Assembly (NCBI GenBank): GCA_938075155.1
Contig: CALJGL010000023.1
Coordinates: forward strand, 42,987 to 106,986
Reading direction: 5' to 3'
Source of the DNA: an uncultured bacterium
Lineage (GTDB): Bacteria; Planctomycetota; UBA8108; UBA1146
DNA length: 64,000 nt
Positions within the stretch are counted from its first letter, which is position 1; each line of letters starts with the position of its first letter. Of this stretch, positions 18,810 through 28,797 are shown piece after piece. A program made the position numbers and the translations under genes. A model generated the notes under the pieces. The model saw only the letters and a list, made by a program, of their open reading frames with translations, had not been told where the DNA came from and ran no database searches.

Positions 18810-21064
18810 TCCTCATCCGGTGGCGATATCGGTGTCAGGGGCGCATAGGCGACGACGAGTTGTCGCTCTTCACCATTTTCAAATCGAACGGTGATGCGGC
18901 GAGATGAGCCGTATCCCTGGACAGTATTGACTCTGCCTCGTCCCAGTAATTCATGTTGAACCCATGCACCGGGGTGGAGTCCATCGTCTTCCTCAGAGTC
19001 ATGAGCACTCTCTTCGTCCCATACTGTAGGAGAAGTGTGACCTGACCGAGAGGGGGATCGATCAAATTCGATGGAAGTGCCTTCGAGTTCGCTAAGGAAG
19101 GAGGAGGGGAGTCGAGGTTCTCTCTCTTGGAATCGTCTTCGCCATGAACTATGGGTCAAAACCAATTCTTCCATGGCTCGTGTGACGCCCACATAGAGCA
19201 ACCTTTTTTCTTCATCAATGCCCTCTACTTCACCATGACGAGAGTGGGGAATCAGAGTTTCTTCGACTCCGATGATGATGACTTTTTCAAACTCCAGTCC
19301 CTTTGCCGCGTGCAAGGTCATCAATGAGACTTTTTCTTTCAGTTCTTCCTGACTATCGGCATCGGCTACGAGTGCGATGCGCTCTAGGAAAATCGTGAGG
19401 GGGTCAAAGTCGTCTTCATTATCCTCGTGTCTTTGGAGAGGTTGCTGGCGGGCGAGATCGAGGATCTCTTCGGTCTCTGCAGCGGCGGCAACCAGTTCTT
19501 GTAGGTTTTGTTCTCTTTCTTGCCAGTTCTCAGGTTCAGATCTTTCAAGATGAGAAATATATCCACTGGCTTCGATAGCCTGCTCGACAAGATCTGCGAG
19601 TCCACCCGAAAGTCGGTCTTCCAGTTTCTCTAAGACTTCTCGCAGATGATCGATCCCCTTTTTTGCTTTTCCTTTGATGCCCTCTGTGCAGTCGGACCTT
19701 CTCAGGTGTTCACCCATCGTTCGTCCATTAGAAATCGCGGCGTCTTGAAATCTTTCAAGACTGACTTTGCCGATCCCTCTTGCCGGTGTGTTGAAAATTC
19801 TTTGCAGAGCCACATCGTCACGGCTGGATCGGGCAGCTCTGAGATATCCGAGAATATCTTTGATTTCTTTTCTCTCGTAGAAAGACATTCCGCCGACGAC
19901 GGCGTATTGAAGTCTTCGTCGTACAAACTCTTCCTCGATAGCACGCGAGAGTGAATTGACCCGATAGAGGACAGCGATCTGGTCGCTGGACACCCCTTCT
20001 GAGAGCCAGGACTCGACGTGGTCACATACCCGGCGGGATTCAGTTCTTTCATCGTGCAGTTGTTGGACCCTGACGGCATTGCCGTCCGCATTTTCAGTGA
20101 ACAGTTCCCGGTGACCAAACTCAGATCCGGCGAGTCTGGAGGCGACTTCCAGGATCTGGGGGGTGGATCGATAGTTTTGTTCAAGAGTCACGACTTGATG
20201 TTGGGGGAAGTCTTCTCTGAAACGGTTGAAGTTATCGGGACTCGCACCTCTCCAAGAATAGATCGACTGGTCAGGATCACCCGTCACGCAAATATTGCTG
20301 TGACTCTGTGATAACAGTTTTGCGATCAGGTATTGAGGTCGATTGGTATCTTGGAACTCGTCAATCATGACGTACTGGAATCTTTCTTGAAGTCGTTCAA
20401 GAACGTCGGGATGTTCCGTCAGTAGTCGCACGACTAATAGAAGGAGATCGTCGAAGTCGGCAGCATCTCTTTCTTCCAGTAATTCTTGATATCTTCCATA
20501 CAGTTTGCCCAACTCCCGGTCGCGGAATGTTGCGGCTTGATCGATGGCGATCTCTGGAGAGACCATCTGATTCTTCCACTGACTGATCGTAGACATCGAA
20601 GCTCTTGGTGGAAAAGCCGTTCTGTCGAGTTGAAGTTGCTTCATCACTTCTGTGACGAGTTGTTTTTGGTCGACCGAATCATAGATCGAGAACTGACTCG
20701 TGTAAGGTTCGAGGCGGTGTGCGTGACGACGAAGGAGTCTTGCGCAAAAGGAGTGAAAGGTTCGGAGTACTGGCCGGTCTTCTTCGAGACCAAGTGCTGC
20801 AGAACCAAAAAATCCGTTGCCATGAAAGGAGTCGAGTTCTGGGATGGAGAGCAGTTGCATCGTTCTGCGAAGCATCTCTTCGGCAGCTTTGTTGGTGAAG
20901 GTGATGGCCAGAATAGAACCCGGGGCTATTCCGGAATGAACCATGTCAGCGATTCTTTGAGTCATCACCCGAGTCTTGCCACTGCCCGGGCCAGCGATCA
21001 CCACCAGAGGACCCGCGTGGTGCGAGACGGCTTCCTGCTGAGCTTTATTTAATCCCTCGCTCAT
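18794..21064 (-). CDS. uvrD: ATP-dependent DNA helicase, UvrD/PcrA/Rep family
   Basis: LNKAQQEAVSHHAGPLVVIAGPGSGKTRVMTQRIA (Walker A), DEFQDTN, QNYRST, and an extended C-terminal domain. 756 aa. Confidence 0.9.
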   Translation of the reverse strand: MSEGLNKAQQEAVSHHAGPLVVIAGPGSGKTRVMTQRIADMVHSGIAPGSILAITFTNKAAEEMLRRTMQLLSIPELDSFHGNGFFGSAALGLEEDRPVLRTFHSFCARLLRRHAHRLEPYTSQFSIYDSVDQKQLVTEVMKQLQLDRTAFPPRASMSTISQWKNQMVSPEIAIDQAATFRDRELGKLYGRYQELLEERDAADFDDLLLLVVRLLTEHPDVLERLQERFQYVMIDEFQDTNRPQYLIAKLLSQSHSNICVTGDPDQSIYSWRGASPDNFNRFREDFPQHQVVTLEQNYRSTPQILEVASRLAGSEFGHRELFTENADGNAVRVQQLHDERTESRRVCDHVESWLSEGVSSDQIAVLYRVNSLSRAIEEEFVRRRLQYAVVGGMSFYERKEIKDILGYLRAARSSRDDVALQRIFNTPARGIGKVSLERFQDAAISNGRTMGEHLRRSDCTEGIKGKAKKGIDHLREVLEKLEDRLSGGLADLVEQAIEASGYISHLERSEPENWQEREQNLQELVAAAAETEEILDLARQQPLQRHEDNEDDFDPLTIFLERIALVADADSQEELKEKVSLMTLHAAKGLEFEKVIIIGVEETLIPHSRHGEVEGIDEEKRLLYVGVTRAMEELVLTHSSWRRRFQEREPRLPSSFLSELEGTSIEFDRSPSRSGHTSPTVWDEESAHDSEEDDGLHPGAWVQHELLGRGRVNTVQGYGSSRRITVRFENGEERQLVVAYAPLTPISPPDEEWEAC

Positions 21065-21484
21065 CGATTCCTGACTCTTCCGCGAGGCCCTGCTGAGGAC
21101 CCAATTCTTGAATTAATGCCTCCCCGGGCGTTCAGGGGGACGTGGAGCATGGTCCACCCCAGAAACCATTTGGGCAAGCGGGACCCGTTGAGCAATCCCA
21201 TTGAGCCATGTTGGACGATTCGGACTATGCAGGATCATGAGGGCCAGAGGGGACTATTTGAAGGATGAAGACCTCTCAGGCGTGTTCAAGTTGACGGCCC
21301 CCCGTGGGTTACTTATGATCCTAGGCTGCCTTCGACTCATTCCCGTCACCTATCAGGTTGCCCGGGGCTCAGTTGGCCTGAGGCTGGATACTGATGCGTG
21401 GTACTGTTCCGAGTTCTGCAAATTCGATCGAATGGCAGTACCTACGACGTCTGAGTCGGTGATTCTTTCCCCTGAGGAGGAAAA

Positions 21485-22765
21485 TTGGATATTCAAGAAG
21501 AAGTCTCCATCCGCGAATTGATTCTCGACAGAGAGACTCATATCGATTTCTACCATGAAGTTCGCCAAGGCGTGACTTCCCGCAGAGACGCGATCGATGA
21601 ACTCGAATCGCTTATCGATGAAATCACAGATGATTTCAGAAGGGCGATCGCCTTAGATCTTTTGGGAAAAAGGGAAGAGGCGAAGGGGTTCCTGCGTAAT
21701 TGCCAGGACAATGCCATGTGCGTTCACTTGCTTGGAAAACTCAGCCTTGAAGAGGGGAATTCCAAAGAAGCTTTGGTCGTCCTTGAAACAGGATGGGCCA
21801 GCTTTGGATCTGTCGTTCCTAGGATCGGCATGTTGCTTTGCGAAGCAATGATTCATGAGCATCGTATTGATGAGGCTCGTGCATTGCTCTCCAAGTTGCC
21901 CGACTCTGTCGATCACCCAAGAATTTGTTACCTCGAGGGTCTGCTTCACCAACATGAAGGTGACTACGACGAAGCCTTGCAATTCTACTCCACTGCAGCG
22001 GAGGGGCGTCCCGAGGAAACACGATTCCAGTTCCGCCTCGGATACATGCATTCTCTTTATGGTGACGAAGAGTCCGCCATTGAGGCATACCGTATGTGCC
22101 AGAGGAGTACTCCACTCTACGCCAGAGCGATGATTAATCTCGGGCTTCTCTACGAAGACACCGATCGATACGAGGAAGCGATCACCTGCTACCGCATGGT
22201 TCTGCTTTCCAACCCTGATCATAACCGTGCACGTCTCTATCTCCGCGATGCAGAAGCTTCCCAGTCGATGTACTACGATAGGGATAAGGAGAAGGAAAAG
22301 GTACGTATGGGGCAGGTCTTGCAAATACCTGTTACCGAATTTGAACTTTCAGTACGTAGCAGAAACTGCCTTCAAAAGATGGGGATTCACACTCTGGGTG
22401 ATCTCGTCTCAAAAACTGAAGCCGAGTTGCTCTCCTACAAGAACTTTGGTGAAACGAGTCTCCAGGAGATTCGCAAGATCTTGGTTCAAAAGAATCTTCG
22501 TCTCGGGGAAAATTCTCAGAGAGGTGAGACCTCTCTTCTGGGGATGGACAGTGAAGCTCAGGCATTGCTGGGTGAGCCTGTCAGTATTCTTGAGCTTTCC
22601 AGTCGCAGTCAAAGATGCATGGACCGACTCGGCATCGAAACGATCTCAGATCTTCTTCAGCGCAATGAGTTGGAATTAGTGAGCCAGAAAAATTTCGGAG
22701 TGACCTCCCTCAATGAGGTGAAGCGTAAACTGACCGAGCGTGGCTTAACTCTGACCAGCGGATAG
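21485..22765 (+). CDS. TPR-repeat protein with two C-terminal RNA-polymerase alpha-subunit CTD-like (HhH) domains
   Basis: TPR-like repeats in residues 60-260. Two copies of an alpha-CTD-like segment: VLQIPVTEFELSVRSRNCLQKMGIHTLGDLVSKTEAELLSYKNFGETSLQEIRKIL and ILELSSRSQRCMDRLGIETISDLLQRNELELVSQKNFGVTSLNEVKRKL. Compare E. coli RpoA [48 protein letters not shown]. Confidence 0.7.
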   Translation: MDIQEEVSIRELILDRETHIDFYHEVRQGVTSRRDAIDELESLIDEITDDFRRAIALDLLGKREEAKGFLRNCQDNAMCVHLLGKLSLEEGNSKEALVVLETGWASFGSVVPRIGMLLCEAMIHEHRIDEARALLSKLPDSVDHPRICYLEGLLHQHEGDYDEALQFYSTAAEGRPEETRFQFRLGYMHSLYGDEESAIEAYRMCQRSTPLYARAMINLGLLYEDTDRYEEAITCYRMVLLSNPDHNRARLYLRDAEASQSMYYDRDKEKEKVRMGQVLQIPVTEFELSVRSRNCLQKMGIHTLGDLVSKTEAELLSYKNFGETSLQEIRKILVQKNLRLGENSQRGETSLLGMDSEAQALLGEPVSILELSSRSQRCMDRLGIETISDLLQRNELELVSQKNFGVTSLNEVKRKLTERGLTLTSG

Positions 22766-22774
22766 CGAGGGGAC

Positions 22775-23374
22775 TTGTTCGAATACCTTGCCGGTGAAGT
22801 CGTCCGAATCGGGTCAGACCGTGTGACGCTCGATATATCGGGTGTGGGATATGGTTTGAAGGCACCGGGGGGAACTCTTTCTAAACTGAAAGAGGGAAGT
22901 TCCGCCCGTTTGTTCATTTCTCACCGTATCCGAGATGACCAAATGGTTTTCTTTGGATTTTCCCAACCTGAAGAGCGTGATCTGTTTGAGCGATTGTGTC
23001 AGGTATCGGGCGTAGGTCCCGCCTCCGCGCTCGCTTTGCTCTCGCATATCACTCCGGAAAACTTCAAGAATGCAATTCTCGATGGAGATAGCAAAGTCCT
23101 CGAGAAGGTCAAAGGGATCGGTAAAAAAACAGCCCAGCGAATCGTCCTCGATTTGCGGGGAGCCCTTGAGAAGGAAGACCTGGCTTCAATCGTGGGTAGT
23201 CCGGCTGTAGCAGGGGTACCCGAGGGACCAGCAGCGGATGCGGTTCGCGCCCTGCAAGTCTTGGGTTTTCCTGTTGTCGAGGCTCAGGATCGAGTCCGTC
23301 GAGTCGTCGCTGAGCAATCCGACTCGGCATTGATTGCCGAAGATCTCGTTCGTCTTGCGAGCCGAAGAACTTAA
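22775..23374 (+). CDS. ruvA: Holliday junction branch-migration protein RuvA
   Basis: MFEYLAGEVVRIGSDRVTLDISGVGYGL (OB domain), HhH pairs, C-terminal domain III. About 200 aa. Confidence 0.9.
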   Translation: MFEYLAGEVVRIGSDRVTLDISGVGYGLKAPGGTLSKLKEGSSARLFISHRIRDDQMVFFGFSQPEERDLFERLCQVSGVGPASALALLSHITPENFKNAILDGDSKVLEKVKGIGKKTAQRIVLDLRGALEKEDLASIVGSPAVAGVPEGPAADAVRALQVLGFPVVEAQDRVRRVVAEQSDSALIAEDLVRLASRRT

Positions 23375-23541
23375 GGCTTTGAGGTTCGAGGCTGACCTTT
23401 ATCATCGGTAGAGAGTCCTCTAGAGGATTCCAGTGTCGTCCTTAGTGGCGATTTGTCCCCTTCCAAAGAGCACCAGCAACAGATCAAAGTTTATGAACGT
23501 GATGGCTCTCTGCGAGTCTTCTCGTCTCAGATACGGTATGA

Positions 23542-24201
23542 ATGATCTCTACTCTGAATCTGTGCCTACTCCTAGCGACCCTCACACCGGGACCCATATC
23601 GGATCTCCCAGTTACGCTCCTGGTCCATCCGGGTTTGACCTCGATCGCATTCAGCCAATTCGTCGAAGAGTTGGAGAGTTCTGAGACGGATCGGTTCTAT
23701 GAGAGTGATTCGTTTCAGATTCCAGCAAAAATGACTGTGATAGGGAATGAGAACTCAGCGAAGTGGGATGGACTCGTCTTAGGTCTGGGGAGACAGATAA
23801 TTCTCCAGCATCTCAGAGAAGATCCTGATTTCGGATCCGAATCGTATCGAAACTCACTCCAAGCCATGGTTCTCTCGGATTCCCTCGAATCAAAACTGGA
23901 TTCAGGGCTGAGGGACCCTCTTCTAGATGCCCCCTGCTGGGTTCAGGAGACATGGAAACCGCAAGATACCGTTGAATTAGACTCCACAGTAAGATCTCGA
24001 TCCTTTCTCTCTCTCTGGGCAGATGATCCTATTCAGCCCACAGGTATCGACTCCAGCGACTCCGTTATTTGGGGTCTTGGAGCCACCATTGAGTTTCAGC
24101 AACTCGATTCTCAAGCAGATTCATGCTGGAGCCTCAGGATGACTGCGAACCTCGATAATCAGGGAGATAAGGGAGTCCTATTTCAGATCTGTTGGCATTG
24201 A
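23542..24201 (+). CDS. Hypothetical protein
   Basis: ORF only. Weak hydrophobic N-terminus. No family recognised. Confidence 0.25.
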   Translation: MISTLNLCLLLATLTPGPISDLPVTLLVHPGLTSIAFSQFVEELESSETDRFYESDSFQIPAKMTVIGNENSAKWDGLVLGLGRQIILQHLREDPDFGSESYRNSLQAMVLSDSLESKLDSGLRDPLLDAPCWVQETWKPQDTVELDSTVRSRSFLSLWADDPIQPTGIDSSDSVIWGLGATIEFQQLDSQADSCWSLRMTANLDNQGDKGVLFQICWH

Positions 24202-24319
24202 GTCTCTGGTCTTCTTGACACGATCCCCTGATCCCGCCACCATTGCCCCTTGGCTCTGATCTTTGGTTCTGGATTCTATCCATGACCAGAAGGAGAAGAG
24301 TCTGTGAGCATGAATTGAT

Positions 24320-24397
24320 GGTGGGTGTAGCTCAGTCGGTTAGAGCGCCAGTTTGTGGTATTGGAGGTCGAGGGTTCGAGCCCCTCCTCCCACCCCA
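24320..24397 (+). tRNA. tRNA-His (anticodon GUG) with an encoded G-1 and CCA
   Basis: G-GTGGGTG-TA-GCTC-AGTCGGTT-AGAGC-G-CCAGT-TTGTGGT-ATTGG-AGGTC-GAGGG-TTCGAGC-CCCTC-CTCCCAC-C-CCA. The extra 5-prime G pairing with C73 is the tRNA-His hallmark. There is one U-U mismatch in the acceptor stem. Confidence 0.8.
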
Positions 24398-24402
24398 GCT
24401 TT

Positions 24403-24437
24403 TTTAAGGGAACCCTTAGGGGTTCCCTTTTTTCGTT
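24403..24437 (+). terminator. Rho-independent terminator after tRNA-His
   Basis: aagggaaccc-ttag-gggttccctt hairpin followed by TTTTTT. Confidence 0.75.
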
Positions 24438-24510
24438 TTGTCATCAAACGGTAGTCAGCAGACAGTCGTCAGCGGGCCTCAAGAGGGAGCCATGACGAAT
24501 AGACGTGGGT

Positions 24511-24960
24511 TTAATCACCGTCTCTAGAGAATTTGCCTCGATCTTTTTTTATTCGTGATCTCTTTTTCTTATCATCCAGTCGTCGATGCTTACTCGAAAG
24601 TGTGGGACGAGTGGCGGTACGTTTTTTCTTTTTCTTTAACGACGACGATAGCCAATCCTTGAACCGTTCGAGAGCGCTCTGGCGATTTCTTGAGGCAGAT
24701 CGTTCCTCGCTGGCCAGTATTCGAAGGACACCTTCATTCCCTAGCCGAGAAATATGCTCTTTGAGGAGTCTTTGTTTTTCTGGGGGTGAGAGAGCATGGG
24801 TGTTCGTCACTGACCAACGTAACTCGACAGCGGTGGCTGAACGATTGGAATGTTGTCCACCGGGGCCGCCTCGGGTTTGTTGGCGCATATGAATCTCGGA
24901 CCATGGAATCCAGCGATCTTCTCGCCAGCATAATCCTCGTGTTCCATCAGGTGATTCCAT
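24511..24960 (-). CDS. arfB: Alternative ribosome-rescue factor ArfB (peptidyl-tRNA hydrolase, YaeJ family)
   Basis: GGQ motif in RGGPGGQHSNRSATAVELRW, plus a highly basic C-terminal tail (KKKKKRTATRP...KKKRSRIKKDRGK). About 140 aa. Confidence 0.8.
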   Translation of the reverse strand: MESPDGTRGLCWREDRWIPWSEIHMRQQTRGGPGGQHSNRSATAVELRWSVTNTHALSPPEKQRLLKEHISRLGNEGVLRILASEERSASRNRQSALERFKDWLSSSLKKKKKRTATRPTLSSKHRRLDDKKKRSRIKKDRGKFSRDGD

Positions 24961-25082
24961 CGAGTTCCTTCCCTGAGTGTCAGGATAGGTGCCAAGTCTT
25001 CACTTTGCGAGACTCAAGCAGACTTGCCTCTGCAACGATCCAGTGGGATGCTGTAAATGTCTGAGCAAGAAAGGTTGACGCT

Positions 25083-27107
25083 GTGGCCATGAACAAATCC
25101 TTGTCGAAAACCAGACTTATTGAGAGCGTCACTGATATAAGCCTCTTGGTAATACTCATTCTTGCGCCGATTTTGGCTTCTGGCCAACTGTGGGCTGCGA
25201 CTCCAGACATGGCTGATATTCCTGCAGAGACTCTGGAAAGGCTAGGCCTTTTTCATAGTGTTCTCGAGTGGCCCGAAGATGCTCCAGCAACAATTTGCGG
25301 CCTCTCTCAAGGAGGATTTGCACTCCTAACAGAGGCTCAGCAGTTGTGGACGGTCCGCTGGAAGGAATCGCAGTTTGATAGGGGGGAATCCCAGAGTGTT
25401 CCCCTCAAAGGGAAGCCCTCCTGCATGTTGGAATGGGATAAAGGAATCTTTGTCATCGGTTCCGATTTGGGAGAATTGGTTTTGTGGGATGCCCGTGAAA
25501 GCAAAGTGCTCCGTCGCTGGGATGGTTGGGGGAGCCCCTGGGAACCTGTCGCACTTTCTCAGTATGAGGAACGGATCACAGCTGGAAATAAGGAAGAGGC
25601 TTCTGTCTCGCGTCTTCTTGTCGCAGATCGAATCCAAGGCAGAGTTTTAAAACTGGACATTGATTCAGGAGTGCTTCTGCACTCATGGAATGGATTTATT
25701 GACCCGACTGCAATATCTGTCTTCGAAGATCAGATTCGTGTCAGTGATAGGGGCTGGCATCGGGTGATTTCGTGCGTGTCAGGCGAAGACCAAGGCCGTT
25801 TCGATCAAGGGCTTGGAGATCATGGTGCCGCTCCCGGTTTGTTCGCAGGACCATGGGGCTTGGAAATCATCTCTCGGAATTGGATGCTCGTCTCAGACAG
25901 GGATAATCACAGAATACAAGTTTTGGGTCGCCATGGCATGGCGATGCATCACTGGGGGCTTCACTCTTTGATTCCTCGCGAATCCAACGGGCGATTACAT
26001 TACCCCGAGGAAATCGTTTTTGATCGAGACAACATGCACGTTGCTGTTCTAGAGCCGAGCGAACGAAGAGTTCAGGTCTTTTCTGTGAGAGATCCAGAGA
26101 TGGCTGCAGATCCAGCTGAATCATGGCAGCGGGTGGATCTGGTTTCTCACTTTGGGGAGAGTTGGGCCATCGATCACGGAGACGAAAGTTTCCTGCTCGT
26201 CGTTGTTGAGCCCGATTCCGAGCGTATTTCAATTCTTGATCATCGTCAGCAGAGTCCAATAGAGATCGATGATGTGGGTGGGCATGGCACTAAAGTAACT
26301 CGGTTTCGCACACCTTCTGGGGTCGATTTTATGCACCGACCTGGATATCCCAGATTTGTCGTCTCTGATCGAGGGAATCGAAGATTGCAGATGTTTGAAG
26401 TCCGCAGACCGCCTTCTGCACTCGTTGTTCGAGAACCTTGGGTAACGGCTTTCATTCGAAGCGTGGATCTCTCCCAGTTGGCAACTATGACTCCAGAGTG
26501 GAGTTCAGATGTAGATCCTATTCCCGGTGCCGTTGCGTGTCTTAAGGATGGCCAAATTGCGGTCGTGGATCAGGGCCAACCCCGAATACTTCTTTTGAAC
26601 GATCAGTTCCGGGCAATGGGGCTTCTTGGAGAAACTGCTGGGCTGAAGAAAATCAGTGCCATTTCTGAAGATGGAAATGGTCTACTTGTTGCAGACTCCA
26701 GTGCTCAAAAAATATTACGGCTCGGATTGGATGGATCCGTCAAAGTGATTCATTCAGGAAGTGTCGAAGGAGTGTCCGTTCAGCCTGCAGGAGTGGCTCG
26801 TCATGCGGATGGTTCTATTTGGTGGACCGATTCGAAGGGGCATCGACTTCTGAAAACAAACGAAGACTCGGGAGAGACCCTTGTCATTCTTGGAGACACT
26901 GTTGCAGGAAATCGAATGAAAACTGGGGAGCGTGATCTTTACAGACCTGCTGCCTTGAGAATCACAAAGGATGGCAAAGTCTGGATTTTGGATCAGGGAA
27001 ATCACAGGGGAGTGGTCCTCGATAAAGAGGGCGTATTGAAGCATTTTGGAAGTGCGACTTACCTCCCCAATGCAAAAATAGATACTCCCACGAAGGGCGA
27101 GAGTTGA
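25083..27107 (+). CDS. Secreted NHL-repeat beta-propeller protein
   Basis: Signal peptide. Recurring NHL-type motifs VSDRDNHRIQVLGRHG, VVSDRGNRRLQMFE, LDQGNHRGVVLDKEG. Confidence 0.75.
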   Translation: MAMNKSLSKTRLIESVTDISLLVILILAPILASGQLWAATPDMADIPAETLERLGLFHSVLEWPEDAPATICGLSQGGFALLTEAQQLWTVRWKESQFDRGESQSVPLKGKPSCMLEWDKGIFVIGSDLGELVLWDARESKVLRRWDGWGSPWEPVALSQYEERITAGNKEEASVSRLLVADRIQGRVLKLDIDSGVLLHSWNGFIDPTAISVFEDQIRVSDRGWHRVISCVSGEDQGRFDQGLGDHGAAPGLFAGPWGLEIISRNWMLVSDRDNHRIQVLGRHGMAMHHWGLHSLIPRESNGRLHYPEEIVFDRDNMHVAVLEPSERRVQVFSVRDPEMAADPAESWQRVDLVSHFGESWAIDHGDESFLLVVVEPDSERISILDHRQQSPIEIDDVGGHGTKVTRFRTPSGVDFMHRPGYPRFVVSDRGNRRLQMFEVRRPPSALVVREPWVTAFIRSVDLSQLATMTPEWSSDVDPIPGAVACLKDGQIAVVDQGQPRILLLNDQFRAMGLLGETAGLKKISAISEDGNGLLVADSSAQKILRLGLDGSVKVIHSGSVEGVSVQPAGVARHADGSIWWTDSKGHRLLKTNEDSGETLVILGDTVAGNRMKTGERDLYRPAALRITKDGKVWILDQGNHRGVVLDKEGVLKHFGSATYLPNAKIDTPTKGES

Positions 27108-27607
27108 TGAATCCTGAATATGAAAAATCTGAAGGACCCGGGTGGTGGGTCATGGCTCTCTTGGTGATCTCTCTCGTACTGGGACTTGCATTACTCTTGT
27201 TGGTCGGGTGCCAGCCCTTGTCTCCTTCCGTGCGATCAGTGGAGGAGGTTCCATTTGAAATGGTAAAGGTCGCTTCCGACCAGATACTGATGGTGACGGG
27301 CGATAGAAGTTACAGGGTCCTCCTTAATATTCCCGAACAACTTCCGGAGAACGAAGAGTTTACAGTGAGCGGGACGGTGTTTGATTCAAATGGGCCGGTC
27401 TCGGATGAGGTGAGAGTTCATTTTGATGCCGGCATGCCTCAGCACGGTCATGGACTGGCCATCGACGTTGATACAGAGAGGTCGGTGAAGGGTGAATTCC
27501 TGACACCCGGAGTCCGGTTTCATATGAAAGGTCGCTGGCTTTTGACAGTAGACATCGCAGAGGGACCGCACTTTGAACGTGCGAGAGCTTGGGTTTCGGT
27601 TAAATAG
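27107..27607 (+). CDS. Small putative lipoprotein or membrane-anchored periplasmic protein, translationally coupled between the NHL protein and the cytochrome c peroxidase
   Basis: N-terminal hydrophobic segment ending LLVGCQP (possible lipobox). His-rich motif GMPQHGHGL. Start overlaps the upstream stop (TGATG). Ends 3 nt before the next gene. Confidence 0.45.
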   Translation: MNPEYEKSEGPGWWVMALLVISLVLGLALLLLVGCQPLSPSVRSVEEVPFEMVKVASDQILMVTGDRSYRVLLNIPEQLPENEEFTVSGTVFDSNGPVSDEVRVHFDAGMPQHGHGLAIDVDTERSVKGEFLTPGVRFHMKGRWLLTVDIAEGPHFERARAWVSVK

Positions 27608-27609
27608 AT

Positions 27610-28797
27610 ATGCCAGGTTTACTGCTCCTCCTCTCTTTGGCGACGCTCTTGGAAGATCCCCTTCTGCCAGAACCTTGGCGAGGGAAAGCTCTTTCCTTGG
27701 CACGCTCGGATCTCAGAAATTCTGATTCGATATCAGGGAAAGAGTCTTTTCGTCGAGATCTTGGCGAGCTGCTTTTTTATGCGACGGGTTTCTCTGAGAA
27801 TCCTTCGAACTCTTGTGCTTCTTGCCACGACGCAGAGAGAGCTTTTCAAGACCAACGATCACATCCGAGAGGCCTCCAAGGAATCGCGCGTGATACTCCA
27901 AGTCTGTGGGGCGTTTCTGGGCAGCGTTGGTGGGGCTGGGACGGGCGTTGGGACTCATTGTGGGCACAAGCTCTGGAGCCGATTGAATCCGTAGATGAAA
28001 TGGGGGGAGATCGCCTCATGCTCCTTCGTTGGATCGACGAGGATGATCAGAGAAGAGATTTGTTTGAAAAAGGATTTGGTCCGTTGCCTTCTTTGGCTGG
28101 TCTGCCGGAGAAAGCACGTTCCGGTTCTGATTGGCATCCGGACTATCTTCTCGTTTCGAAGTCGAGGCGAAAAGAAATAGATTTGGCTTTCTCGAAAGCG
28201 GGTCGATCTATCGCGGCATTTGAAGCCACTTTGGAGGCTCCTCGATCGTCATTTGACGATTATATCGACGCATTGGCGACGTCGGATCTTCATAAAGCTG
28301 AACTGTATCCTGCGGAAGCACGAAGAGGATTGATCTTATTTTTGGATAAGGGGCGATGCATTCTCTGCCACGGAGGACCCTTACTTTCAGATGGGGAGTT
28401 TCACGACACGGGATTGCTGACTTCTGGAAGTTCAGGAAAAGACTCTGGCAGATATGGCGGAATTCTTGAATTGAAGTCGAACCCTTTCAATCTTGAAGGG
28501 CAATTCTCAACGGCTTCTGAAATGGAAGGAGCCGATCGGACAAGAAGGTTGAAGAGAGATCCCTCTGTTTGGGGGGCATTTCGAACCCCTTCATTGAGGG
28601 GGATCCGTCACACCGCTCCTTATTTTCATGACGGAAGTCAGAAAGACTTAAAGAGTGTGATTCGATTTTATACTCGCAGAGATGGGGCTCGGAAAAAGAG
28701 CCAGGCGGCCGGGCACCACGGTGAAAATTTGATGGAAGAGCTCAATTTCACTCCGGGTGAGGAATATTTGCTGGAACGATTTCTGGAGACATTATAA
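27610..28797 (+). CDS. Di-heme cytochrome c peroxidase (CCP/MauG family)
   Basis: Two CxxCH motifs (CASCHDAERAF, CILCHGG). CCP signature FRTPSLRGIRHTAPYFHDGS...VIRFY. Confidence 0.85.
   Translation: MPGLLLLLSLATLLEDPLLPEPWRGKALSLARSDLRNSDSISGKESFRRDLGELLFYATGFSENPSNSCASCHDAERAFQDQRSHPRGLQGIARDTPSLWGVSGQRWWGWDGRWDSLWAQALEPIESVDEMGGDRLMLLRWIDEDDQRRDLFEKGFGPLPSLAGLPEKARSGSDWHPDYLLVSKSRRKEIDLAFSKAGRSIAAFEATLEAPRSSFDDYIDALATSDLHKAELYPAEARRGLILFLDKGRCILCHGGPLLSDGEFHDTGLLTSGSSGKDSGRYGGILELKSNPFNLEGQFSTASEMEGADRTRRLKRDPSVWGAFRTPSLRGIRHTAPYFHDGSQKDLKSVIRFYTRRDGARKKSQAAGHHGENLMEELNFTPGEEYLLERFLETL

Noticed and set aside
21653-22324. 223-aa minus-strand ORF overlapping the TPR/alpha-CTD gene
   Set aside because: It is antisense to an ORF with strong recognisable domains (TPR, two alpha-CTD). 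It has no motifs and no plausible RBS.
24533-24892. 119-aa plus-strand ORF between tRNA-His and the NHL gene
   Set aside because: It is antisense to the arfB ORF, which has the diagnostic GGQ motif and basic tail.
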